From Rhodobacter capsulatus SB 1003 (GTDB taxonomy: Bacteria; Pseudomonadota; Alphaproteobacteria; Rhodobacterales; Rhodobacteraceae): a DNA stretch of 32,000 nucleotides. The first letter of the stretch is position 1, and each line of letters begins with the position of its first letter. The notes beneath the pieces are model-generated. The model was not told where the DNA came from and made no database searches. It saw only the letters and a program-made list of their open reading frames with translations. Made by a program: the position numbers and the translations under genes. Location of the stretch: positions 2,070,001 to 2,102,000 of the forward strand of contig NC_014034.1 in the NCBI RefSeq assembly GCF_000021865.1, in the 5' to 3' direction. Positions 1 through 11,049 of this stretch are shown here, piece after piece.

Positions 1-585
1 GACCCCGAGCTGAAGGCGCTGCATGCGGCTGAACCGCTCGTCAGCGGCATCGGGCACGGCGGGGCGGTGATCGACCATGGGCTGGGCTTCTCCGTCGATC
101 TGCGCCCGGCGGAAGGAGATCTGGTCGGCTACCGGGCGAAGCCGCATGCCGGGGTGGTCGATCTGGACCGGATCGCGCATTACCCGGCCAGTGATTTCTG
201 GGAAGAGGTGCGCACGCGCGAGGGGCGGATCATTCTCGACCCTGGCGCCTTCTACATTCTGGTCAGCCGCGAGGCGGTGGTGATCCCGCCCGATTTCGCC
301 GCCGAGATGGCGCCCTATCTGGCGATGGTGGGGGAATTCCGCGTGCATTACGCGGGCTTCTTCGATCCCGGTTTCGGCCATGGCGCGGCAGGGGGCGAAG
401 GCTCCAGGGGCGTGCTGGAAGTGCGCTGCCACGAGGCGCCCTTTGTTCTGGAACATGGGCAGGTGGTGGGGCGGCTGGTCTATGAGCGCATGGCCGGGCG
501 GCCGGAGCGGCTTTACGGCGCCGGGATCGCCTCGAACTATCAGGGCCAGGGGCTGAAGCTCGCCAAGCATTTCCGCGCGGGGTGA
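1..585 (+). CDS. dcd: 2'-deoxycytidine 5'-triphosphate deaminase (long DCD type), C-terminal part; the 5' end lies upstream of the window
   Basis: Frame 1 is open from base 1 with no stop before the GTG at 67, so the CDS enters from upstream. The C-terminal sequence (GEFRVHYAGFFDPGFG, GVLEVRCHE) is recognisable as the alphaproteobacterial dCTP deaminase family. GC3 is high. Confidence 0.75.
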   Translation, partial: DPELKALHAAEPLVSGIGHGGAVIDHGLGFSVDLRPAEGDLVGYRAKPHAGVVDLDRIAHYPASDFWEEVRTREGRIILDPGAFYILVSREAVVIPPDFAAEMAPYLAMVGEFRVHYAGFFDPGFGHGAAGGEGSRGVLEVRCHEAPFVLEHGQVVGRLVYERMAGRPERLYGAGIASNYQGQGLKLAKHFRAG

Positions 586-631
586 GGGGCGCGCGGATGG
601 ATTTCGCCGCGGCTTTGCCTGCGGCGACCCG

Positions 632-668
632 CCGGGGGCGCTGCCCCCCGGACCCCCCGGGATATTTT
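632..668 (+). terminator. Possible intrinsic terminator downstream of dcd
   Basis: CCGGGGG (632-638) can pair with either of two CCCCCGG tracts (645-651 or 654-660). The second option is followed by GATATTTTC. The structure is ambiguous. Confidence 0.35.
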
Positions 669-704
669 CGGCAAGATGAAGGGGAAGCGGTGTTTGCCGG
701 TACA

Positions 705-744
705 CAGAAAAAGGGCCGGGGTTTCCCCCGGCCCTTGTGATTTC
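705..744 (-). terminator. Intrinsic terminator of guaB (hairpin also usable from the plus strand)
   Basis: AAGGGCCGGGG (711-721), TTTC loop, CCCCGGCCCTT (726-736). On the minus strand the stem is followed by TTTTTCTGT. It lies 20 nt past the guaB stop at 757-759. Confidence 0.65.
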
Positions 745-756
745 TGCGCCGCGATC

Positions 757-3266
<2,510 letters not shown>

Positions 3267-3371
3267 GTCGGAACGCGTGACATGCGGGATCGGGCGGAAA
3301 TCTTGCAGAAGCGCTTCGGCAAAGAAAGGGCAAATCCGCCGCAGGGCTGCGTGTGGGGGGGCGGGGCCAGG

Positions 3372-4274
3372 TCAGCCCCGCCCCGGCAGCACCCAGACGG
3401 TGGCGCCAAGCGCCTGCACCGCCGCGCCGGTGCCCAGCTTGAAGCGCATCAGCCCCGCCCCGGCCTCGGAATTGATGTCGCCCAGATCGAAGTGGCGCAC
3501 CCCCTGCGCCCGCAGCCGCAAGGCCGCCTGCCAGAGCAGAAGATTATGCGCCCCCGCCGCCCGGCCCTCGGGCCCCGACCAGCCCAGATGATAGCTCGCC
3601 CCCGCCCCAGCCCGCAGCACCATCACCCCGGGCTGACGCGGCACCGCGGCGGGTGCCCGCCGAAAAGCACCAGCACCGATCCGGGGTCGCGTTGCGCCCC
3701 AGGCGGCGGCAAAGGCGGGCGGCAGGGCGCGGTAGCCGCGGTCCCGGCGCTGCTGCGCCTCGGCGGCGATCAGCCAGTCGGCCGCGGGCTCGACCCTGAC
3801 CCGCAGCCCCGCGCGTTCCGCCGTCACCAGACGGTTGCGCCATTTCCCCTGCAGCCCGGCGCGCAGGGCGGCCTCCTCGGGGCTCAGATCCCAGATCGCC
3901 TGATGGCGCGCGGTGATCAGCGGCACCAGCCCCGGACCCGCCACCGGCGTCTCGGGCGTGACGATCAGCAGCCCCGGCAGCGCCCGCGCCAGGGCGCGCA
4001 GCGCCCGCCGCCGGATCTCTTCGGGCAGATCGGGGACAAAGACCGGACCGCGGCTGCACAGCCACAGCCCGCCCCGCCCCAGCACCTGCGCCAGACCAAT
4101 CCGCCGCCCCCCGGCGCCGATCTGCAGCCGCCGCAGCCCGCGCCCGGCCGCCGCCGCGATCTCGCCGTAACAGGCCCGCGCCTGCAAGGCCGCCGCGGGC
4201 GAAAGCGCCGCCACCGCCGCGTCGAAAGCCCCCGGCTCGGCGGGCGCGAATGTCGTGATCTCGATCCTGTCCAT
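3372..4274 (-). CDS. FemAB-like / GNAT (Acetyltransf_6-type) acyltransferase
   Basis: The C-terminal half (GASYHLGWSGPEGRAAGAHNLLLWQAALRLRAQGVRHFDLGDINSEAGAGLMRFKLGTGA) fits the FemAB/BioF2-like GNAT pattern. The start is set at ATG 4274 (MDRIEITTF). The 102 upstream codons of the track ORF are Arg/Ala/Gly-rich and look non-coding. Confidence 0.55.
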   Translation of the reverse strand: MDRIEITTFAPAEPGAFDAAVAALSPAAALQARACYGEIAAAAGRGLRRLQIGAGGRRIGLAQVLGRGGLWLCSRGPVFVPDLPEEIRRRALRALARALPGLLIVTPETPVAGPGLVPLITARHQAIWDLSPEEAALRAGLQGKWRNRLVTAERAGLRVRVEPAADWLIAAEAQQRRDRGYRALPPAFAAAWGATRPRIGAGAFRRAPAAVPRQPGVMVLRAGAGASYHLGWSGPEGRAAGAHNLLLWQAALRLRAQGVRHFDLGDINSEAGAGLMRFKLGTGAAVQALGATVWVLPGRG

Positions 4275-4330
4275 GGCGCCATTAAAGCCCTGTTTACCTA
4301 ATTCAGGGTTAATGATCGCCGGAGGCCCCG

Positions 4331-4489
4331 ATGACCCGCAAGCACAGATCCCCGACCCCGCCCCGCAACACGCCCGAGATCCCGGCGCCGCGGCCGACGC
4401 TCTGGGCGGCCCTTGGCGTCGCGGCGGCGCTGTCGCTTTTGTGGCTGCTCGGCCTGGGTCTGTGGCGGCTGATCGGCGCATGGATCTGA
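4331..4489 (+). CDS. Small (52 aa) single-pass membrane protein, hypothetical
   Basis: Not in the ORF track because it is under 60 aa. GGAGG lies 5 nt upstream of the ATG. Translation: MTRKHRSPTPPRNTPEIPAPRPTLWAALGVAAALSLLWLLGLGLWRLIGAWI. It has a basic/Pro-rich N-terminus followed by one clear TM helix, and nearly every codon ends in G/C. Confidence 0.45.
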   Translation: MTRKHRSPTPPRNTPEIPAPRPTLWAALGVAAALSLLWLLGLGLWRLIGAWI

Positions 4490-4744
4490 CACGGACGCAC
4501 AACCCCGGCGTGCACCCCGGCCCGCCTGCGGATGCGGCAACGCAGCGCAAATGCGCCGCCCACCCTCGCAACTGCGGCAACTAAACCGTTGTGTTTACGT
4601 GATTCGTGGCAGTTCGGCCACATGACCCAACGGCAAGCTCACGCGGACGTGACGTAAGGCCGCAGCCCGAATTGATTCACCTTAACAGCGTGATAGGGTC
4701 GATATCGGGAGAAGAGTCCAACACGCTCTAGGGATGAGAATCAC

Positions 4745-5869
4745 ATGAAAAAAATACTGATGACGGCCAGCGCCCTTGCCCTTGGCGCGACAGCCGCCAC
4801 TGCGGGGGGTATTGAACGGTCCAGCCAGTCGGTGGGGATCCTGTTCGAGAAAGGAAACTACGTCGAGTTGAACTTTGGCGGCTTCAGCCCGGATGTGTCG
4901 GGTGTCGGCCTGAACGCGACGATGAGGCGCCGAGATGCCGGCTCTGGAGACATGGCGGGCGGTTACGGCACATACAGCTTTGGATACAAGTTTACGCTGA
5001 CCGACAAAATCGACGCTGCCGTGGTGCTTGAAAACGCGATCGGCGCAGATGTGAATTATCCGACGGGAACGGACTACTTCCTGCAAGGGGCTACGGCGAC
5101 CATCGACAACACCTCGCTCACCGGGATGCTGCGTTATAAATTGCCGCAAAATTTCTCGATGATCGGCGGGATTCGGGCGCTGCGGACCAGCGGCGTGGTC
5201 AGCCTGCCCTCGGTCGGCGCTTATCACATGAGTTCCTCGACCGAAACGGACTTCGGTTATCTTGTCGGCGTGGCTTGGGAAAAACCCGAAATCGCGGCAC
5301 GCGTGGCGCTGACTTACAATTCCAAGATCACCCACGACTTCGATGCCCGTGAAACGAGCCTTTACACGGGCGGCAGAACGCTGGACACTGTCTTTTCTAC
5401 CACGATCCCGGAATCGGTGAACCTGGAATTCCAGACCGGCATCGCCAAGGACACGCTGGTCTTCGGCTCGGTGCGCTGGGTTCACTGGACACAGCTGCAA
5501 ATTGCGCCGAGGCATTATACGTCCCCTCGCGCTGATGGCGGCATGCAACAGGATCCGCTGGTGGCCTACAAGGACAATACGGTCACCTATGCGCTGGGCG
5601 TCGGACGCAAGTTCAATGACAAGTGGTCCGGCGCAGTCGTGCTCGGCTACGAGAAATCGTCCGGAGAGACGACGGGCAACCTTGGCCCGACCGACGGTTT
5701 CCGCTCGATCGCGCTGGCGGGCACCTATCAGGCGACCGAGAATGTCAAGGTCACGCTGGGCGTGCGCTATGTCGATATCGGCGATGCGACGACCAATTCG
5801 CCCGTCAGCGGCGACTTCTCGGGCAACTCGGGCTGGGGCGCGGGGGTGCGCGTCGGCATCAGCTTCTGA
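4745..5869 (+). CDS. Outer membrane transport protein, FadL/TodX (OMPP1) family
   Basis: Signal peptide MKKILMTASALALGATAATAGG, alternating beta-strand pattern, terminal aromatic residue (...GVRVGISF). The N-terminal GGIERSSQSVGILFEKGNY motif is typical of FadL-like porins. Confidence 0.7.
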   Translation: MKKILMTASALALGATAATAGGIERSSQSVGILFEKGNYVELNFGGFSPDVSGVGLNATMRRRDAGSGDMAGGYGTYSFGYKFTLTDKIDAAVVLENAIGADVNYPTGTDYFLQGATATIDNTSLTGMLRYKLPQNFSMIGGIRALRTSGVVSLPSVGAYHMSSSTETDFGYLVGVAWEKPEIAARVALTYNSKITHDFDARETSLYTGGRTLDTVFSTTIPESVNLEFQTGIAKDTLVFGSVRWVHWTQLQIAPRHYTSPRADGGMQQDPLVAYKDNTVTYALGVGRKFNDKWSGAVVLGYEKSSGETTGNLGPTDGFRSIALAGTYQATENVKVTLGVRYVDIGDATTNSPVSGDFSGNSGWGAGVRVGISF

Positions 5870-5895
5870 TCTTTCCGGCATTTCCGAAATTCACG

Positions 5896-5920
5896 AAGGG
5901 CCGCTTTGCGGGCCTTTCAA
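5896..5920 (+). terminator. Intrinsic terminator after the FadL-like gene
   Basis: AAGGGCCGC / GCGGGCCTT stem with one G-G mismatch and a TTT loop, followed by TTCAATTG. Confidence 0.45.
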
Positions 5921-5981
5921 TTGTCCTTGGCACAAGTTCCGGGTGGCCCCGCCGCCCTGCCCCGGCTAGCTTGCCGCCACC

Positions 5982-6896
5982 ATGACCACGACCCGCATCC
6001 CCCCGCTTGCCTGGGCGCTTCTGGCGGCCCTTGCCCTGATCTGGGGCACCTCCTTCCTGTCGAACCGCGCCGCGCTGACCGGCACGGGCTTTCTGACCAC
6101 CGTCACCTTTCGCGTCACCGGCGGCGCCGTTCTTTTGTGGCTCTGGGTGGCGCTGCGCCGCCTGCCCCTGCCCGAGGACCCGCGCTTTCTGATCCGCTTC
6201 CTGATCATGGGGGCGCTGAACAATGCCATTCCCTTCTCGCTGATCGTCTGGGGCCAGCAGCATATCGACAGCGGTCTGGCCGCGATCCTCAATGCCTCGA
6301 CCGCGCTTTTCGGCGTCCTGGTTGCCGCCGCGGTCTTTCCCGACGAGCCGCTGACCCGCCGCCGCCTGTCGGGCGTTGCGCTTGGCTTTGCCGGTGTCGT
6401 GCTCGCCATCGGCCCTTCGGCGCTGACGGGCTTCACCCTCACCTCGGCGGCGCAATGGGCGATCATCGGCGCCTCGCTCACCTATGGCTTCGCGGGCGCC
6501 TATGCGAAAAAGGCGATCACCGGCCTTGCCCCCGAGGTCGCCGCGGCGGGCATGCTGACGGGCGGGGTGATCTGGCTGGCCCCCGCGATGCTGATCTTTG
6601 AGGGCGTGCCGAGCTTCGATTACCGCGCCGAGGTCTGGGCCGGGCTGATCTGGCTGGCGCTGGGCTGTTCGGCGCTGGCCTATCTGATCTATTACCGCAT
6701 CCTGGCGCTTGCGGGGGCGGGCAATCTCTCGCTTGTCACGCTGCTCATTCCGCCCGTCGCCATCGTCGCAGGCGCGCTCGTCTATCACGAACGCCTTGGG
6801 CCGCATGCGCTTTCGGGCTTTGCCGTGCTGGCTGCGGGACTTTGGCTCACCAATTCGCGGCCAAAACCGCGTGACGGCGGCCGCGACGCGCGCTAA
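5982..6896 (+). CDS. DMT-superfamily transporter (two EamA domains)
   Basis: Ten predicted TM segments. The N-terminal LLAALALIWGTSF motif and the repeated EamA-like halves fit the family. ATG at 5982. Confidence 0.8.
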   Translation: MTTTRIPPLAWALLAALALIWGTSFLSNRAALTGTGFLTTVTFRVTGGAVLLWLWVALRRLPLPEDPRFLIRFLIMGALNNAIPFSLIVWGQQHIDSGLAAILNASTALFGVLVAAAVFPDEPLTRRRLSGVALGFAGVVLAIGPSALTGFTLTSAAQWAIIGASLTYGFAGAYAKKAITGLAPEVAAAGMLTGGVIWLAPAMLIFEGVPSFDYRAEVWAGLIWLALGCSALAYLIYYRILALAGAGNLSLVTLLIPPVAIVAGALVYHERLGPHALSGFAVLAAGLWLTNSRPKPRDGGRDAR

Positions 6897-6921
6897 ACCC
6901 GGGCCAAACGAGGGGGCTCGC

Positions 6922-7782
6922 ATGATCTACGCAAACCGCGCCGAATGGCGGACGGCCAGCCGCAAACGGGTGTTGTTCTTCGGCATGTCCGGTCTGGGCA
7001 AGACCTATCTGGCCAACATGCTGCGCGCCGCCCCCACGGGCTGGTTCCATTACTCGGTCGATTACCGGATCGGCACGCGCTACATGGGCGAATACATCGC
7101 CGACAACTTCAAGCGCGAGGCGATGAAGAACCCGTTCCTGGCGGAACTTCTTCTGTCGGATTCGGTCTATATCGCCTCGAACATCACCTTTGACAATCTG
7201 GCGCCGCTTTCGACCTATCTGGGCAAGCCGGGGTCCGAGGCCAAGGGCGGGCTGACGTTCGAGGACTACATGATCCGGCAGAACCAGCATCGCGGCGCCG
7301 AACAGGCGGCGCTGATGGACACGACCTATTTCATCGAACGCTCGCAGGCGATCTACGGGCTGCCGCATTTCGTCTGCGACTGCGGCGGCTCGATCTGCGA
7401 GGTGGTCGACCCCGAGGACCGGAACGACAAGATCCTGCGCGAACTTTCCGACCACCTCTTGATGGTCTGGATCGAGGGCAGCGCGGAACATACCGAGGAA
7501 CTCGTGCGCCGCTTCGACCGCGCGCCGAAGCCGATGTATTACCAGCCCGCCTTTCTGGAAAGGAAATGGCTGCAATACCGGGTGGAACGGGGCCTGCGCG
7601 AGGACGAGGTGAACCCCGACGATTTCATCCGCTGGACTTATCATCAGGCGCTGGCGCATCGGCAGCCGCGCTATGCGGCGATGGCGCGGAACTGGGGGGT
7701 CAAGGTGGCTGCGTCAGATGTGGCTCTTGTCCGCGACGAGAAAGACCTTACATCGCTCATTGCCTCGGCGCTTCCGGCCTGA
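6922..7782 (+). CDS. P-loop ATPase, conserved hypothetical
   Basis: Walker A motif FFGMSGLGKTY near the N-terminus. The ATG at 6922 was chosen (MIYANRAEW). The upstream part of the track ORF overlaps the EamA gene out of frame. Confidence 0.65.
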   Translation: MIYANRAEWRTASRKRVLFFGMSGLGKTYLANMLRAAPTGWFHYSVDYRIGTRYMGEYIADNFKREAMKNPFLAELLLSDSVYIASNITFDNLAPLSTYLGKPGSEAKGGLTFEDYMIRQNQHRGAEQAALMDTTYFIERSQAIYGLPHFVCDCGGSICEVVDPEDRNDKILRELSDHLLMVWIEGSAEHTEELVRRFDRAPKPMYYQPAFLERKWLQYRVERGLREDEVNPDDFIRWTYHQALAHRQPRYAAMARNWGVKVAASDVALVRDEKDLTSLIASALPA

Positions 7783-7821
7783 GGCGCGTCTGAACCTCCT
7801 CTGCCAAGTATCGGAAAGACA

Positions 7822-8742
7822 ATGCCCATCACCCTGCCTGCCACGCTGCCCGCCTTCGACATCCTGTCGCAGGAAGGCGTGATGGTGATGACGCCCGAAC
7901 GCGCGGCGCGGCAGGAAATCCGGCCGCTGCGGATCGGGCTTCTCAATCTGATGCCGAAGAAGATCCAGACCGAAAACCAGTTCGCCCGGCTGATCGGCGC
8001 GACGCCGATCCAGATCGACTTCCAGCTGATCCGGATGACCGCGCATCAGACGAAGAACACCGCCGCCGAGCATATGGCCGAATTCTACCGCCCCTTCGCC
8101 GAGATCGAGGCCTCGGGCGAGAAGTTCGACGGGCTGATCGTCACCGGCGCCCCGATCGAGCATCTGGCCTTCGAGGACGTGACCTATTGGGACGAGCTGC
8201 AGCGCGTCTTCGACTGGACGCAAAGCCATGTGTTTTCGACCTTCGGCGTGTGCTGGGGGGGGATGGCGATGGCCTATCACTTCCACGGCGTGGCGAAGCA
8301 CCTGCTGGACGCCAAGGCCTTCGGCTGCTTCCGCCACCGCAATCTGGCGCCGACCTCGCCCTATCTGCGCGGCTTTTCCGATGACGTGCTGGTGCCGGTG
8401 AGCCGCTGGACCGAGATGAAGCAGGACGAGTTGGACCGGGCGGGGCTGCGCACGCTGATCGCGGGCGACGACACCGGCCCCTGTCTGGTCGAGGACCCCT
8501 GTCACCGCGCGCTTTATGTGTTCAACCATTTCGAATATGACAGCACGACGCTGAAGGACGAATACGACCGCGACGTGGCGGCGGGCAAGCCGATCAACGT
8601 GCCCGCGAATTACTACCCCGACGACGACCCGTCGCAGCCGCCGATGAATCGCTGGCGCAGCCATGCGCATCTGCTTTACGGCAACTGGGTGAATGCGATC
8701 TATCAGGACACGCCCTACGATCTGGCAAAGATCGGCAGCTGA
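7822..8742 (+). CDS. metA: Homoserine O-acyltransferase (MetA family; succinyl or acetyl specificity not decidable here)
   Basis: Family hallmarks: [37 protein letters not shown] (active-site Cys), HFEYD. Confidence 0.9.
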   Translation: MPITLPATLPAFDILSQEGVMVMTPERAARQEIRPLRIGLLNLMPKKIQTENQFARLIGATPIQIDFQLIRMTAHQTKNTAAEHMAEFYRPFAEIEASGEKFDGLIVTGAPIEHLAFEDVTYWDELQRVFDWTQSHVFSTFGVCWGGMAMAYHFHGVAKHLLDAKAFGCFRHRNLAPTSPYLRGFSDDVLVPVSRWTEMKQDELDRAGLRTLIAGDDTGPCLVEDPCHRALYVFNHFEYDSTTLKDEYDRDVAAGKPINVPANYYPDDDPSQPPMNRWRSHAHLLYGNWVNAIYQDTPYDLAKIGS

Positions 8743-8760
8743 TCCGGTCCAAGATCGCGC

Positions 8761-8789
8761 TTGCGGTGCTTGCCGCACGCAGGCTAAGA
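8761..8789 (+). promoter_or_regulatory. Candidate sigma70-type promoter for tRNA-Val
   Basis: TTGCGG (8761-8766), 17-nt spacer, CTAAGA (8784-8789), 10 nt before the mature tRNA 5' end. The -10 element is a weak match. Confidence 0.25.
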
Positions 8790-8799
8790 GCAGGGCACC

Positions 8800-8875
8800 G
8801 GGTGATTAGCTCAGTTGGTAGAGCGCCTCGTTTACACCGAGGATGTCGGGAGTTCGAGTCTCTCATCACCCACCA
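8800..8875 (+). tRNA. tRNA-Val (anticodon TAC), CCA encoded
   Basis: Hand-folded cloverleaf. Acceptor GGGTGAT/ATCACCC, D arm GCTC-AGTTGGTA-GAGC, anticodon arm CCTCG-TTTACAC-CGAGG, variable loop ATGTC, T arm GGGAG-TTCGAGT-CTCTC, discriminator A, CCA. Total 76 nt. Confidence 0.9.
8853..8875 (+). repeat. attL core: 23-bp direct repeat (3' end of tRNA-Val)
   Basis: TTCGAGTCTCTCATCACCCACCA is repeated perfectly at 19949-19971. Confidence 0.85.
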
Positions 8876-8953
8876 CCGCAGCCCATTGTTTTCCATAAGG
8901 AATTGCCAATAAAGGCAAATCTGCGCCTCTACTGGTACATAGAGGTGGTACAT

Positions 8954-10555
8954 ATGGGACTCAAAATGCCAGCCCCGGTTCTGATCGGTTCGACCTACTA
9001 TCTGCGCGTCCATGTGCCCGCCGACGTGGCCCCGAAGGTGCGCGGCAAGAGCGTCTCGGTGCCGGTGGCTGGAATGTCCTGCGTGGTGCGGGTCAACGGC
9101 CCGGTGAAGGTATCGCTGCGCACCAAGGAGGCGAAGGAGGCCAAGGCCCGCTTTGCCGTCGCCCATGCCGCGCTGGAGGCGCATTGGGAGGCTGTCCGCA
9201 ATGGGCCACGAGCGCTGACGCACAAGCAAAGTCTAGCCCTTGCCGGGGCGCTCCGGGCGTTCTGGATCGATGCCTTCGATGAAGACCCGGGAAGCCCCAA
9301 ACGCTGGCAGAACGTGCAGGAAGTAAATGCCGCAGCCAAGGCCGGGCGACTGTCACTGCCCCTGATCGGCAAGGACGCGCAGCTTGAGGCCAGCCTGAAC
9401 GCCCGCTTTGGCCCTATCGTGGATGCGTTCCTCGCGCACAAGGGCATTCTGCTTGCGCCCGAGTCGCGGCTGCCATTGTTGCGCCACGTCGTCGATGCGA
9501 TGGACGACGCGGCGAAGGTGACCGAAGCGAAGGCGATGGGCGATTATTCCCAGCAGGGCAAGGCGGCACTCTACCCAGCGCTTGACCTTCCCGTTGCCAA
9601 GCCCTCGCCAAAGTCGGCGCCACCGTCGCCCAAGCTGACCTTCTCCGGCGTCATTGATGCATGGGTTGCGGCCAAGGCGCGGGGAAGAAATGCGGCCCCC
9701 GTACGCCCGGACACGGAACGCAAGTACCGCCGGGAATGCGCCGAGTTCGTCGCCTTCCGCGGCTCCGACGATATGACCACCGTCACCGCCCGCGAAGCCG
9801 AGGCGTGGCTGAATGCGATGCTGAGCGAGGCGAAACTGTCGAACAATTCGATCCGCCAGCGGTTGCAAAATATCCGCTCGGTGGTCGAACACGGGCGGCG
9901 GCAAAGCCTTGGCGAGTTGTTCCCGATGGGCAACCCGCTGGAGTTCGTGCAATTGCCCGAGGCGGCCCCGGTGGCGAGCGATCTGCGCACCCTGACGCTG
10001 GCCGAGGCAGAAGCAATCCTGCGCGCCGCCCGCGCCGAAACCCGGCCGGAACTGCGCTGGCTGCCGTGGCTCTGCGCCTATTCTGGCGCGCGGGTCAACG
10101 AGGTGGCGCAGCTGACGCCCGGAGACTTCTTCCAAGTCGGCGAAGACTGGTTCTATCGGCTCACGACGATGGGCGGCAAGACGCTGAAGAACCGGCACAG
10201 CGAGCGCCGAGTGCCTGTTCACCCCGATCTGGTCGCCGAGGGGCTGATCGTCTTTGTCGAGAGCCGCAGGGATCGCCCGGAGGAACGCCTGTTCCCGCGC
10301 CGGTCACAGGGGAACGTGGCAACATGGGTGCGCGAGAAAGTCGGCCTGACGCGCCCCGAACTCGCCCCGAGCCACGGCTGGCGCCACCTCTTCGAAGACA
10401 AGGCGCTGGTCGCCGGAATGCTGGACGCCGCCCGGCTCTATCTGACCGGGAGATCTGGGGGCGGCTCCGCTGCCGGGTATGGAAAGAGCGAGGTCATGCT
10501 GCCAGGGCTGGCGGCCGAGATGCGGAAGGTGGAAGGAATTCTGCATCGCCTATAG
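8954..10555 (+). CDS. Tyrosine-type site-specific integrase
   Basis: N-terminus STYYLRVHVPADV (integrase N-terminal arm-binding-type domain common in alphaproteobacteria). The C-terminal catalytic region has GARVNEV (Arg), HGWRHLF (H-x-x-R) and GYGKS (Tyr). The ATG at 8954 was chosen; the upstream part of the track ORF overlaps the tRNA. Confidence 0.85.
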   Translation: MGLKMPAPVLIGSTYYLRVHVPADVAPKVRGKSVSVPVAGMSCVVRVNGPVKVSLRTKEAKEAKARFAVAHAALEAHWEAVRNGPRALTHKQSLALAGALRAFWIDAFDEDPGSPKRWQNVQEVNAAAKAGRLSLPLIGKDAQLEASLNARFGPIVDAFLAHKGILLAPESRLPLLRHVVDAMDDAAKVTEAKAMGDYSQQGKAALYPALDLPVAKPSPKSAPPSPKLTFSGVIDAWVAAKARGRNAAPVRPDTERKYRRECAEFVAFRGSDDMTTVTAREAEAWLNAMLSEAKLSNNSIRQRLQNIRSVVEHGRRQSLGELFPMGNPLEFVQLPEAAPVASDLRTLTLAEAEAILRAARAETRPELRWLPWLCAYSGARVNEVAQLTPGDFFQVGEDWFYRLTTMGGKTLKNRHSERRVPVHPDLVAEGLIVFVESRRDRPEERLFPRRSQGNVATWVREKVGLTRPELAPSHGWRHLFEDKALVAGMLDAARLYLTGRSGGGSAAGYGKSEVMLPGLAAEMRKVEGILHRL

Positions 10556-10622
10556 AGCAAAGGCGCACATAGCGTTCCGGAGACTTCTAAATTGATCGCC
10601 CAGGGTCCAGCCTCATTGAGTT

Positions 10623-10901
10623 TCACAGCCAGAACAAGACGGTTACGGCGAGGAGGATGGCGGAGAAGAAGGTCTGTGAGCAGCGGTCGTATCGGGTTGC
10701 AACACGCCGCCAGTCCTTCAGACGACCGAACATGATTTCGATGCGGTTGCGCCGTTTGTAGCGCCTCTTGTCGTATTTCACCGCCGTCTTGCGGGAGTTC
10801 CGGCCCGGGATGCAGACCTTTATCCCCTTGTCTTTCAAAGCTTCTCTGAACCAATCGGCATCATAGCCCCGAGCGGCCAGCAGCCAGCCCGCCTTGCTCA
10901 T
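10623..10901 (-). pseudogene. IS5-family (IS427-like group) transposase, C-terminal fragment only
   Basis: LLAARGYDADWFREALKDKGIKVCIPGRNSRK...RRNRIEIMFGRLKDWRRVATRYDR is the conserved C-terminal third of DDE_Tnp_1 IS5-type transposases. The N-terminal ~160 aa are missing. A possible outer end, GGAGACTTCTAAATTGATC, starts at 10579 but has no partner inverted repeat. Confidence 0.75.
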
Positions 10902-11049
10902 CGATCAGATCTCCTTGCGCAGCCTGAATCACGCCAAATGCCTGAAATCAATGGGTCTGAACCCTAACAACCTCCCTGCCCGCCAAAAGGCGGACAAGGA
11001 GATGCAAGATCACCTAAATAGGTGTTCCTTCTACATGGGCGTTTGGCGC

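Noticed and set aside
7783-7821. SAM-type riboswitch upstream of metA, as known for alphaproteobacterial metA genes
   Set aside because: The spacer is only 39 nt and I could not fold the expected pseudoknot or conserved motifs. metA is probably co-transcribed or has a promoter inside the upstream gene.
8843-8953. Longer integrase start (track ORF begins at 8843)
   Set aside because: It would overlap the tRNA-Val 3' end and att core. The ATG at 8954 begins a typical integrase N-terminus (GLKMPAPVLIGSTYYLRV).
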